This document shows, one piece after another, positions 13,720 through 25,797 of a stretch of DNA of 64,000 nucleotides (position 1 is its first letter; the number at the start of each line of letters is the position of its first letter). Position numbers and translations under genes: made by a program. The stretch lies in contig CM060731.1 in assembly GCA_030704615.1 (NCBI GenBank), positions 68,882,001-68,946,000 of the forward strand. Direction: 5' to 3'. The notes beneath the pieces were generated by a model, which worked only from the letters and a program-made list of their open reading frames with translations, was not told the DNA's origin and did no database searches. This DNA is from Takakia lepidozioides. Taxonomy: Eukaryota > Plantae > Bryophyta.

Positions 13720-14220
13720 GACCATGTGCTTCACCCCTTCTCCCATCATTCATATGTCTCCAAAGCCTGCATCCCGCGCCCCTGCTGTGCATACCTTGCA
13801 AGCATCACGTTCCACGACATCACATCTCGTTCAGCTATAGTGTTGAACTCTCCTTTCGCATCCTCAATGCTCCCACATTTGGCATACATGTCCACCAGAG
13901 TAGTGTGTAGGACAGTTCTGGTACAATTGCAGATTTGATGATGTCACCATGGATCTCTTGGCCCTTTTCTAGGGTTGCCAGGCTCGCACACGCATTGCAA
14001 ACGTGCACAAACATTATGTACTGGTTGGGCTTCATCCCTTCCCCCATCAGTTGCTCATAGGTCTCCAAAAGCCTCCATCCCACGTCCCTGTTGTGCATGC
14101 CCTGCAAGCATCGCACTCCACGATACCACATCTCGTTCAGCCATAGTGTTGAACACTCCATTTGCATGCACCCACATTTGTCATACATGTCCAGTACCAG
14201 GGGTGTCCAGAATGACATCT
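13720..14220 (-). pseudogene. PLS-class PPR gene fragment
   Basis: ETYEQLMGEGMKPN..CNACASLATLEKGQEIHGDII; LVDMYAKCG motifs, frameshifted. Confidence 0.85.
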
Positions 14221-14767
14221 GGTAATCTGACAGGCATTCACGGTTGTCCTACCATTGACTGGGGTCAGAAAAGTACTCATTACACAGCTTCTCCTCATCT
14301 CTGTTACCTGTTTGTGGATACTTTCATATTGTCACATTGGCAGTATCATGTCAAAGTCACTCCAAACTCAATTCACTCAACTAGCTAACTTGCAGAATTC
14401 AACATCAAAATTCAGGGCCGATTCTCATAAGAAGGAAAAATAGGGTGAAATGTGTTGAAGAAGGTGCCTTCATTAGCAGTGCCTGATTACATCGAATGTG
14501 TCGCTGCTGCTGCGGCTTCCAATTGACCATCTACCCATGCAGGTTTCTTGTAGCTATCATTCCACAGGGAATCATAGGTAATCTGGAGCTTGAAATCCGG
14601 ACCTCTTGGATGAATCTGGACCCACACTCTATACCTGCTCATTCAGCTATCCATGCTTCTGCACAAATCATGCATACATCCTTACCTTGCTGCTAGTAGC
14701 TACCAATGACAGCCTAGATTTTTTCTAGGAAACACCCAACTCAACTTATCACACGAGTTCCTATGCT

Positions 14768-14769
<2 letters not shown>

Positions 14770-14801
<32 letters not shown>

Positions 14802-15911
14802 CTCCGGCCAAAGCCGGCGTAACTAAGAGCCACTTCATCTTGCGGCTACTGCCCCTTGTCGGGAGTGGGCCCTATAATAAATATAGGTGTCCGGTTGGAC
14901 ACTTAGTAACCAGGGGTATGTGTGTTATGGTGCCAGAGAACAGGGAGGGCCACCCCCGGGGGGAGGCCTACGGGTGTCTAGGGTAATGTTGTAGGATTGG
15001 ATTCTAGTTTTTGTTTATTGGTGATAATAGCTGTAAAAGAGCGGAGGGCTGTGAGGTGGATGGCTTGGAAACATTTGTGAATATGGGAGATAGGGATTTG
15101 AAAGTTGTTATGCAAGTCATTAATGCTGGCATTATGTATTCCACCTCTAGTACCCGCCGTGATGACGGTTAGAGGGCCGGTGCGTCATCCTCGTCGACGA
15201 ATAGCGAGGATGAGTGGGACGTATTTTTGCCGTTTTTCCAGGATAGAGTCATGTGGATAGCGGTCATGACAATATGTGAATTCGATGAAGTGGATGGTGA
15301 GTGATGGGGATGGTGTGGTAGGAGGTAGGGTAGTCATGGGTAAGCCCTGCACCAGTAGAATATCTGGGCAGAGTCTAGCTAGACAGGTGCATGATTGAGG
15401 TACATGTGCAGAAGCAGCCATGGCTGGACAGTGTGATCGGGTAGGCGGCCTTGGTATGTCCTTGTGTTTAGGAGTGTGAACCATCTGGTTTCGGCGCGAC
15501 TAAGAAGTAGTTTGTGAATATGCCAGACTACTTGGTTGTGACGATTGATATGGAGGCCGTGTATAATATGATGTGTGCATTGGCTGAGTAAGTGTGGCCA
15601 GGTGTCACATTCTTGATGGGTGTGTGAGCAAAGTGGGCAGTATGGGGATGGAAAAAGACGTTGCCAGAACATGTGCTTGCGCTGGTAGCCCACATACTGG
15701 GCGTATCTGAATTTAAGGGTTTGGCGGATTTGTGCATCTGTAGTGGTTTTGGTATTCCAAAAGTGGTTTGATAGTTTATGTGTTAGTAACTGTGGATTGT
15801 GTCCAGTTCTGAATGTGGACCTTAGTGTGGCTAATTGAGGCAGCAGCTTGTTTGTTAGCCTCTCTGAAGAGAGTGGCAAGGAGGTTGCGAACAGGTCTGG
15901 GTACGGTGGGT
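14770..15911 (-). mobile_element. 5'-truncated non-LTR retrotransposon with CCHC zinc finger and restriction-like endonuclease (RLE), (TC)n tail
   Basis: CPLC..HLLSQC..RHN motif, then PDILL..IHFIEFTY..EKRQKY (PD-E-K type). (GA)14 at 14771-14798 is the 3' tail on the - strand. Confidence 0.75.
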
Positions 15912-17959
15912 CTCGATTGTCCCACCATTGACTGGGGTCAGAAAAGTATTCAGTTCACAAATTCTCGTCTCTATTACCTGTTTCTAGATACTTTCCTGTT
16001 GTCACATTGGCAGTATCAAGTCAAAAGTCACACTATCAAAGGTTCACTCAACCAGCTAACTTGCAGAATTCAACATGGAAATTTAGGGCCGTAAAACAGG
16101 GTGAAATGTGTTGAAGAAGATGCCTTGATTAGCAGTGCGTATCAATTGTGCCGCGACTGCTGCGGCTTCCAGTTGACATAGCACAGTGACATACTGCAGA
16201 TCATATCTGAATTGCCCTTTGTGGATTCCAGGGAAAGACTATTCATGGCAGACATGATATCCCCATCGATGGAATGTGAACTGACACTTGAACAGACTAT
16301 GACTCTCAACTCATTGACAAACTATTTATGCAGCTGGACTTGAGACTAACAAATCTGCCATGGTCAAGACAGCCAGGCACAATAACAAAAGTAGGTGTCC
16401 ATACCAGTGCAGAGTGTGGATGCAAGCAGGATCAGGCTCAAGATCATCTTTGGCAGCTATGAACAGGCAAGGCACCTACAAACCCATTGATCTCCACACG
16501 TGCTGCCACCCTTAACCAATAACTTTGCAGCATGCTTCCATGATGCTCCTTCCGAGCTGCCATGAAATACCATCCAAGAAGAACTTTCTCTTAGCCCTTT
16601 ATCCAGATGTATTAGCCCTCGCTCTCTTTCTGACTAGAGGAGCAGTTTGAAATCAACCTCACAATGCCTCAATAATGGACATAAATCACATTCAAGGCCC
16701 CGGAATTGAATTGCAATGGCAATTTGGTCTAGGCTCATATACTCGGTGGGACTGAAACATCGCAGCCAGCCCTAGGGTTGTTATCGGGAATAGAGCCTTA
16801 AAGGTAATCAGAGCCCAAACAACACAGATTACCCAACGACTAACTTACAAAAATTCTTCATAGTAGCTTGTGCGTGAAATCTGGCACTCTTGGATGAATC
16901 GGGACCCACACTTTATCCCTGCTCCTTCAGTATCACTATACGCCTTGGAATGCATGTCATATCCCAAGAAGATGCATTTATTTTATTTTGCTTCCATCTG
17001 GCCCCTCTCCTCTTTTGTTTTCCTGTTGATGTATAGCTACTCAAATATTCATTCCTGAACATTGGACAAAAAGTAAGAGAGTTACAAGAGCAGCCTTGAA
17101 TTGACAAGCCCGATCCCGGATTGAAAACAAGGTTCAATCCCAAGGGCCACCTGACCACGTAAGCTTAGTTATGTGAAAACTGTGAGGCATGGTTTCATCT
17201 TCCAATATTGATGGATTACAAGTAGGTACTGACCATGGAATGCTACCACTGCACATTTGCTGACATTAGTCTCTAACCCCCAAAGATTAAAGTATCTCTT
17301 CGCGCAATCAATCAACTCCTGGAGATTGGTTGGAGTCTTCCCTATGCATCATGCATACATCCTTGCCTTGCTGCTAGCAGCTGATAATGACACATACCAG
17401 CAACGATCAGACTCCAGAAATTCATGCAGATTTGTTCTAGCAAACACCCCCAACCCTACTTATCACACTAGTTCCTATGCCGACTTGCGCTTCCAAAACG
17501 GCCATCACCTTTTTGCCTCGATTGCATCTGCTTCTCTCTGGAATCCAACATGCATTCACCTTAGCCTCCATTGTCCCACAAGTGACTGGGGTCCGAAAAG
17601 TGTTCATTGCAAGCTTCTCTTCATCTCTGTTATCTGCTTTGGTTACTTCCTGCTACCACTCGCCAGCAGCTAACTTGTCTCAAAGTCATCAAACCACCAC
17701 AGATCCACCCAAAGAGCTAATTTACAAAATTCAATATGCAAATTCAGGGCCGAGTCTGATGAGGAGAACAAAACAGGCTGAAATAGATCAAAGCAAAAGG
17801 TGGCCTCACCACTTGGTCCTCGACCTTGTGTCATGACCCATGGAGGATTTGACTCACCATGAATCCAAGAGGACCTCTTGTGTGTGCTGCTTGTGTTTGT
17901 AGTCATGTAATGTCGGATGGGTGTGGACCCCCACGTTGACAATTCTACTAACAGAGCAG

Positions 17960-18390
17960 AATTTTTAATGTGCTTGGGCTTCACCGCTGCACACATCATT
18001 TGCTCATATGTCTCCAAAACATTCCTACCACACCTATGCTTGGTAAATCCTTCCAACATAATTCTCCACGTGATCAAAGATCATTGAATTATTTTGTTGA
18101 ACACATGGTGAGCATCCCTGATGCTCCGGCACTTAACATAAATGTTGACAAGGGTGTTGAGTAGAATTTTTTTTGGCGTGAATCCACTTTGGATAATGTG
18201 AGTGTGCACCTGCTTAAAATTCCAGACCTTCCATCTTGATGCACTTAAGCAAGAGACAGACATACATATCTGAATCTGCTGACATGCCTCCTTGGTTTAG
18301 AGTCTGTAGAGCCTCTGTCAGGCTGCCTACTGCACAAGGTATCTTCACATGCCCATAAGTGCCAAAAGAGGCATTGTGGACTCCCTCTCT
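17960..18390 (-). pseudogene. PPR gene N-terminal region and first PLS motifs (fragment)
   Basis: GSLTEALQTLNQGGMSADSDMYVCLLLKC; NTLVNIYVKCRSIRDAHHVF. Confidence 0.8.
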
Positions 18391-18393
18391 TGA

Positions 18394-18729
18394 CACTCCA
18401 ACAAATGGGGGGGGGTTTTTGCGACGCCAGCCACGCCCCCACGCCCTGCGCAACGTTGAGCTCGCGACGCCGAGTCCGCGACGCTTTTTTGCGATGCCCG
18501 ACGTCGCAATCCCCTGCTGCGACACCATTGCGACGCCCAGCCATCGCGCATGAAGGGGGAAAGAGGGCCCTCGCTGCGACGGATTTTTTTTGCGAAGGCC
18601 CGGCGTCGCAAATCCCTATATATATATATATGTTTTTTTTTGGGATGTTGCGATGCCTCAGCGATGCAAAAGCGTCACTGAGGGTGCCCAGTGCCTCGGC
18701 GACGCAGCATCACCACAATGGGAAGGGTT

Positions 18730-18767
<38 letters not shown>

Positions 18768-19553
18768 GGCTTTGCGGCCCTTAACTTCACAAAAGCGTCG
18801 CTGGGGGCGTCCTGCGCTGGGACGCCCAACGCTGCGACTCCAGGGGGTCGCAACGGCGTCGCCACAGGGGGTCGCAATGGTGCTTAGGTCATCACAAGGA
18901 CGTCGCTTGAGGCGCCTGGCAGTGGAGGGGTGCAACAACGGCGACGACGCTGGGGCTGGGCACTAAGGATGCGGAGGTTGCAACCCCTCGGCGTCACAAG
19001 AGGGACCATCTTAGAAGGAACTTGAAGGAAATCTTCATATATATATATATATATTTAGATTGCTTTTGTGATACATAGATGTAGCGTAGGTGTGTTGGTT
19101 AGTCTTTAGTGTCTTAGAAATGTTATAACATGGAGGTCTTAGGATCAAGTATGCATTGCATGATATATGTAGAACAATGAACATATCACCATTAGACAGA
19201 ACCAGAGTCAATGGTCAATAAGTTTTTGAAATTCAAATTTTCTCGCCTAAATTCAAATGTACCCGCTTAAATTGCGACATCCGGGCGTCGCACTTTGCGA
19301 TCCCCAGATGGTGCTAATTCTACAGTGCAGAGTAGGTTTTTTTGTTTTTTGTGCGCTGCCCGGGCGTCGCAAATCGCGGTTTCGTCTATTTGCGACCCCC
19401 ATTGGTCGCAAATTTGTGACGTTTTTTTGGCGACTCCCGGGCGTCGCAAATTTGGTTCTTCCCCCCTGCCCGAAAAGGGCTGTTTTACGACGCCCGGGCT
19501 CTGTTTTACGACTTTTTTACGGTGTCGAAAACCCCCCCCTTTTTCCTGTAGTG
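18394..19553. mobile_element. Non-autonomous mini-CACTA element (1.16 kb)
   Basis: CACTC(A mutated)...CCTGTAGTG termini, TSD TGA, dense GCGACG/CGTCGC subterminal repeats. The empty site is seen in the paralogous PPR copy at about 30625-30655. Confidence 0.9.
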
Positions 19554-20906
19554 TGATCCTCTAATTTCAGAAGCTGTGGTCATGGTTGAGGTGCCTGATT
19601 TTATGAACCGTGCCGCTACAGCTGTTGCATTTAGTTGACCACCTATCCATGCAGGTTTCTTGTAGCTACTAATCCACCTGGAATCAAAGTAATTTGGAGC
19701 TTGAAGTCCAGCCCTCTTGGATGAATCTGGACCCACACTCTATCCCTGCTCCTTCAGCTATCCATGCCTCTACACAAATCATGCATACATCCTTGTCTTG
19801 CAGCTGATAATGATAGCCTAGATTTGTTCTCCAAAACACCAACTCAGCTTATTACACTCTAAGTTCTATACTAAATTGCGTCTGCTAGTCTCATGTAATC
19901 TAACAGACATTCATATTTTTGCTCGATGTCCCACTATTGACTGGGTCAGAAAAGTACTCATTCCACAACTTCTTCTCATTTATGTTACCTATTTTTGGAT
20001 ACTTTCATATTGTCACAATGGCAGTATCATGTCAAAGTCACTCCAAACTCAATTCACTCAACCAGCTAACTTGCAGAATTCAACATAGAAATTTAGGGCT
20101 GATTCTGATAAGAGGGAAAAACAGGGTGAAATGTTGTGAAGAAGGTGCCTTGATTACCAATGCCTGATTTTATCAGTTGTGCCGCTGCTATTGCGGCATC
20201 CAGTTGACCATCTACCCATGTAGGTTTCTCGTGGCTATTGATCTACAAGGAATCATAAGTAATCTTGTTGTCGAGCGGCTTTTACTCACCCATCCCTTCG
20301 CTATCCGAGGTGGGAACTCCAAGATAGAAGAGTTGGAAATCTCTAAGCACTCAGCCCGCTCAGAACAATCAGTCATGACCTACAGTTAGTGTATCATGGG
20401 GGTGCTTCATATTTGTATTCCTTCTCGCATTCATGTTAGCAAGTTACCTTACTGTCTGTAATTAAGTATCAGATTGCTTCAGCAATCTACCAGGTTCTAT
20501 CCATTCATCCATTCATTCCACAGCTTCACTCAGGTCTCTCTACACAATGTAAGTATGAAGTATGTATCAGATTAATATCTATCAAGTATCAGGCCGAAGC
20601 CATGGTGTCTCTTATCTGCTCTACAATACCACTCTGCAGCTTGCATTCGTCAAGCATCAACAGATCGTGTCTCCTCCTCCACTGCGCTCTCCATCCCTCT
20701 ACTCAAGATCCTCTTTCCCTCCCCGAATACCAAGTCGGGATCCCATAAGTGCCCCCCTCTGTTGCTACTCTACCTATTCTACCTGCAAACTCTTCTAACC
20801 GCCTAACTAACTAACTAACTGTCATTCAAGACAGAATGCACGTTCCCTTTGCAGATGTCGTACCCACACAGTCGTTCCCTTCTAATAATAACCGTTCTTC
20901 GTGAAT

Positions 20907-21097
20907 CACTACAGGAAAAGAGGAGGGGTTTTCGACGCCGCAGCGTCGTAAAACAGCCCTTTCCGGGCGGGGAAAAAAATCAAATTTGCGACGCACGGGC
21001 GTCGCAAGGGCATCGCCAAAAAAAACGTCGCAAATTTACGACCAAATGGGGGTCGCAAATATGCGAAACCACAATTTGCAACGCCTGGACGTCGGGG

Positions 21098-21139
<42 letters not shown>

Positions 21140-21411
21140 CTACTCTGCAATGTAGAATTAGCACCGTCCGGGGGTCGCAAAGTGTGACGCTCGGACGTCA
21201 CAATTTAAGAGGAATACATTTGAATTTGAAATTTGAATTTCAAAAACTTGTTGACCATTGACTCCGGTTCTGTCTAATGACGATATGTTCATTGTTCTAC
21301 ATATATCATGCAATGCATACTTAAACCTAAGACCTCCACGTTATAACATTTCTAAGACACTACAAACTAACCAACACACCTACGCTATATTTATGTATCA
21401 CAAAAGCAATC

Positions 21412-21444
<33 letters not shown>

Positions 21445-22111
21445 AGATGTCCTTCAAGTTCCTTCAAGTTCCTTCTAAGGGGGTATCTCTTGTGACGCCG
21501 GGGAGTTGCAACCTCCACAACCTTAGCGCCCAGCCCAGCATTGTCGCCGTTATTGTACCCCCACCGCCAGGCGTCCCAAGCGGCGTCCTTGTGTGGACCT
21601 AAGCTGACCACAACACCATTGCGACCCCCTGTGACGACGCCGATGTAACCCCCTAACGTCGCAACGTTGGGGCGTCCAGCGCGGGGCGTCCCCAGCGACG
21701 CTTTTGTAAAGTTGAGGGCCGCAAAGCCCAAAAAAAAAAAAAAACAAACTTCCACTATGGTGATGCTGTTGCGACACCCTGGCGTCGCAGAGGCACTGGG
21801 GCACCCTTAGTGACGCTTTTGCGACGCCGAGGCGTCGCAACGTCCAAAAAACAAAATAAATAATAATAATAATAATAATAATTTAGATTTCCGACGCCGG
21901 GGCGTCGCAAGAAAAAAAAATCCGTCGCAGCGTGGGCCCTCTTTCCCCCTTCATGCCACCTTACGACAGCTGGGCGTCGTAATGGTGCAGTAGGGGATTG
22001 CGACGCCGAGGCATCGCAAAAAAACACCGCGGGCTCGGCTTCGCTGGTTCAACGCCGCGCGGGGCGTGGGGACGCGGCTGGCGTCGCAACCCCCCCCCAT
22101 TTGCTGTAGTG
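20907..22111. mobile_element. Non-autonomous mini-CACTA element (1.2 kb), same family as 18394-19553, opposite orientation
   Basis: CACTACAGG...GCTGTAGTG termini, TSD AAT. Confidence 0.92.
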
Positions 22112-22114
22112 AAT

Positions 22115-22340
22115 GTTGTGATGGGCTGTGCCAAACTGTGTCGGGCTGTAACTGTGCCGAGCTGTGACTGGCTGTATCGGACTGTGTCGGGCTGTGTCGG
22201 GCTGTGATAGACTGTGATAGGCTGTGATAGGTTGTGTAAGGTTGTGACAAGCTGTGTCAGACTGTGTAAGGCTGTATCAGGCTGTGACAAGCTGTATAAG
22301 GTTGTGTCAAGCTGTGTCTAACTGTGTAAGCCTGTCTACC
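22115..22340. repeat. 10-bp minisatellite (GGCTGTGTCG-like) inside the solo LTR
   Basis: About 20 tandem degenerate decamers. The inverted equivalent is at 29543-29800. Confidence 0.85.
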
Positions 22341-22689
22341 ACCCCTAATGTCTGTGTTGGTCTAAGTCTACCATCCATAAGTCTGCGCAAAATTAAGGGT
22401 ACCCCACAGAACCCGTAAAACTGTCCAAGTCCCAGACAGCCCTCTAATACTTGTGCTTGAAATCTGGCCCTCTTGGATGAATGTGGACCCACTCGCTATC
22501 CCTGCTCCTTCAGCTATCTCTACCTCTCTGTTCCAGCAAACACCCTAACCCTACTTATCACACAAGTTCATATGCTGACTTGAGCTTCCAACAAGCATTC
22601 ACCATTTTGCACCAACAAGCTAACTTACAAAATTCAACTTGGAAATTTTAGGGACGACTCTGATAATAGGGGAAACATGGTGAAATATG

Positions 22690-23290
22690 TTGACTCTCAT
22701 TTCATAGGTCTCCAAAGCCTCTATCACGCGCCCTTGTTGTGCATATCCTACAATCATCGTACTCCACGACACCACATCTCGTTCATCCATACTGTTGAAC
22801 ACTCCCTTTGCATCCTCGATGCACCCATATTTTGCATACATGTCCACGAGAGTACTGTTCAGAATGACATCGGGTACAATTCCAGCTCTGACAATGTCAT
22901 CATGGACTTCTTTGCCGTTTTTCAGTGGTGCCAGGCTTGCACATGCATTGCAAATGCAAACGTGATGTGGTCGGGCTTCACCCTTCCGCCATCATTTGAT
23001 CGTAGGTCTCCAAAGCCTCCTTCCTGCGGCCTTGCTGTGTTTAACAATGTCACCATGGACCTTTTATCTTTCTCCAGGGCTACCAAGCTCGCATACGCAT
23101 TGCCAACAAAAACGAATGTGACTCGGTCCGGCTTCACCCCTTCCTGCATTATTTGCTCATACGTCTCCGAAGCCTCTATACAATACCCCCGCTGTGCATA
23201 TCCTCGTCTTTCTTGCATCATTTGCTCAAGAATAAGCTACTGCATCAGTGCCCCTGCATTGCATATCCTGTGATCATCCCGTTTCATGAC
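22690..23290 (-). pseudogene. PLS-class PPR fragments
   Basis: DMYAKYGCIEDAKGVFNSMDERDVVSWSTMIVGYAQQG. Confidence 0.85.
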
Positions 23291-23893
23291 ACAAGTTCTC
23301 ACTACTTCGGCTCGATACTACGAAAACATATGGTAGCGCGGGAGACAAAAGGAGGCTAAGTCCCAAGCCTCCGTGTTCACGGCTGAACGTGGGCAACCCT
23401 AAAGAAACTTTTTGAATTTTTTAACTTTTTATACTTTGTGTCATTCCATTATTACAAGTGCTTCGTTAAAGGTAGATGGATGAGGTCATCCAATGGATGA
23501 ACCCATTAATGTATATGCCTTAAAATGCCACGTGTAGTGATGTAGTCATATAAACAAAGTTGTAACCTCCTGTAGTCATGTAGTCATAAGCTTCTATGGC
23601 ATGTCATCAGTAGTAGTAATGGTGTAGTTATTTAGTCGTAACTTTATATGGCACGTGTCTGACTTGTAGTATTGCGTATGATTACTACTTATATAAACCA
23701 AGCCTATGTTCTTGGTCAACAATGTTTGACGGCGGCTCCTAGTCATGTAGTAAAATGTATGACTGCATTAAATTAAAATATATTAAAATGCACCCAACAA
23801 TGGGTTTCATCACTTCGTAGTCACATATATAGTCATGGTTACCAAGGTTTATATTACCCGTACTCATAAAAACGTTAATTTGTAGTAGTGTTG

Positions 23894-25768
23894 GGCCGAA
23901 TGGTGGTTGGGCTCTTTCTTATAACTCAATTGCACAATCGTAAGGTCGATGTTCCGGCAATATATCTGCAATTTTCTTCTCGAATACATCCTTGAAATCT
24001 TGATATTGAGTGGGTAATATTGAAGTACATTTGTCTGTTGTGCTCTTGATCGAAGTCACATAAAGTGCAAATGGGCATAAACATGCTACAGTGACTTACT
24101 TTGCGAAATTTTTGTCCAGTCTAAACTAGTCTATTTTTATTTTTATTTTTTTCATATGAACTTTAAATTAGGTGTTGCAATTTATTTTTGTTGTCAACTC
24201 AATTTGAGATCACCCAAAAATTGGTTTCCAAACAAAGTTGTTGTATTTTGAAGATGAAAAATGAGAGTAGATTAGAGTAGACTGGACAAAAGTGAGCCAC
24301 TGTAGCATGCTTCTGCCCAAATGCCGCATCTTTTTTGGTAGCTCTCATGAAAGCTCTAACTCCAAGGAACATGGGTTGAATACCTTTAATATTTCTACAT
24401 TTTTGTCTTGCAGAAATTTTTCGTGATCGCCAGTCGATGTCAGGATTGTGAAGTACGAACCAGGGAAGTCCAAGGATCACAGGAGGTTGGAGACTGGATG
24501 ACGTTGAAAACAATATGTGATGCTTGATCTTTAAGCTTCACTTCAAGTGGTCGAGTTTCATGGTCAATATTTCCTGATGCTAACAGTCGTCCATCGGTGA
24601 CTTCAACGGAGGCCGAGAGTTTCTTCTCTACGACCGTTAAATTGTGTTGTTTCGCAAAGTTTTTGTCAATAAAACATGATGAAGCCCCTGAGTCCAAAAG
24701 TGCTTCTACAGAGATATCTCGATTTTGCACTCTGATTTTTATCGGAACTGTGAAGCCAGGTGCAAGGTCTGGAGGCAGAAAGAGATTTTTTTTTTGTGAG
24801 GAATTTGTGGTGTCCAATCGTATGATCCATATTGTGACTGGACATTTTCATTTTCTGACCTCCTCGTATCAAACACTTGAGTTGCGTCCCGAGCTTTGAA
24901 TCTTTTCTTGTTGGGGCAGTTTAATGTTATGTGATCTTCCTCTCCGCAATAGAGACATAATCCATTCGAGCGCCGTCTTTGTTTTTCTTGTGGCGTCAAT
25001 GCTTGAATCAGACAGCATCAATCTGCAAATGATCACTACCGGATGTCTGATGGATCGTTGTGTTTGGTGCCATAGTAGCAGCGGCATGATGCGTTGTCGA
25101 CCATCCAGATCGTTTCTCTTAACGTCTTTCGAACAAACGATTATCGTATGCAATGACTTGGGTGATGAATTCGCTCAGTGTACTCACGTTTGACATTGTC
25201 AACAACAAATCTTTTACATCATCTTTTAGCCCACATCGAAACTGACTAATGAGGCTCTTCTCATTCCAGTCGAGGTCGCAAGCAAGTTGTCAAAATTCGG
25301 CAGTGCTCCTTGTCGAAGATTTCGCATCTTTGTATCTGCAACTCTCGGCACAAACCAAGATATGGCAGTGCTTGATAGAAAGGTACCCACGAATCCCACT
25401 TGAATACCCATCGGGGTAGTGTTGTAGATGTAGTCGTAGGATCAATCGTATTTATTGAACAAAACCGCGAATCTTGATCTCGTCCCATCAAATTTCTCGG
25501 GAATGCTGATCTTTGGTTCTCTCGTAATCTGTTGAAAAGGAACCGTTGCATTAGGAGCTGTTATAGTAAGAACTCGTATGGTTGCAGATCCATTGTTCGA
25601 CTCCTTTAACTCTGAAATTTGTTGTTGCAAATTGTGGAGAGCGTTGCCAAGATCTTGAGACTGATCGGCTTGTAATTTTGCGGTCGAGGTACGAAGTTCT
25701 TGCATCTGGAGCTGAAGACTCTGCAAGGTGGCAAACATTTCCGCAAATGTGTCTTCCATCTCAACCAA
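23894..25768 (-). pseudogene. Tcn1-like gag, aspartic protease and start of pol (frameshifted, with stops)
   Basis: EPKISIPEKFDG; zinc knuckle CLYCGEEDHITLNC; protease ALLDSGAS; ILGLPWF..HNPDIDW; HRPYDCAIEL..QPPFGP. Confidence 0.9.
24073..24318. mobile_element. 246-bp MITE with 4-bp TSD (Sola-like)
   Basis: Imperfect TIRs of about 30 bp, GGGCATAAACATGCTACAGTGACTTACTTT / GGGCAGAAGCATGCTACAGTGGCTCACTTT. TSD AAAT. Removal restores KDAAFALYV in Tcn1 pol. Confidence 0.8.
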
Positions 25769-25797
25769 CTAAGGAACAAACTTTAGTCTCGTCACAT

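Larger units (their letters stand above)
20269..22449. mobile_element. Solo LTR (about 970 bp net), interrupted by a mini-CACTA
   Basis: TGTCG...CTAATA termini, 5-bp TSD CTTGT, inverted homolog of 29421-30465. Confidence 0.85.
12593..23890. mobile_element. Non-autonomous Pack-CACTA element (11.3 kb) carrying PLS-PPR gene fragments
   Basis: TIRs CACTAGTATAGATTAACGTTTTTATGA and (reverse complement) CACTACTACAAATTAACGTTTTTATGA, 24/27 identical. 3-bp TSD TTG. GACTAC/GTAGTC subterminal repeats. Removing it restores Tcn1 pol ...QPPFGP|IYNLSQ. No transposase seen inside. Confidence 0.92.

Noticed and set aside
16180-16860. Possible captured non-PPR gene fragment in the Pack-CACTA (likewise 1115-1380 and 38100-39500)
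   Set aside because: No recognisable protein motif by eye. Needs BLASTx.
18214-22290. Many ORFs rich in R/A/P or poly-K/poly-F, and the SQ/TA-repeat ORFs
   Set aside because: They arise from CG-rich subterminal repeats, homopolymers and minisatellites of non-autonomous elements.
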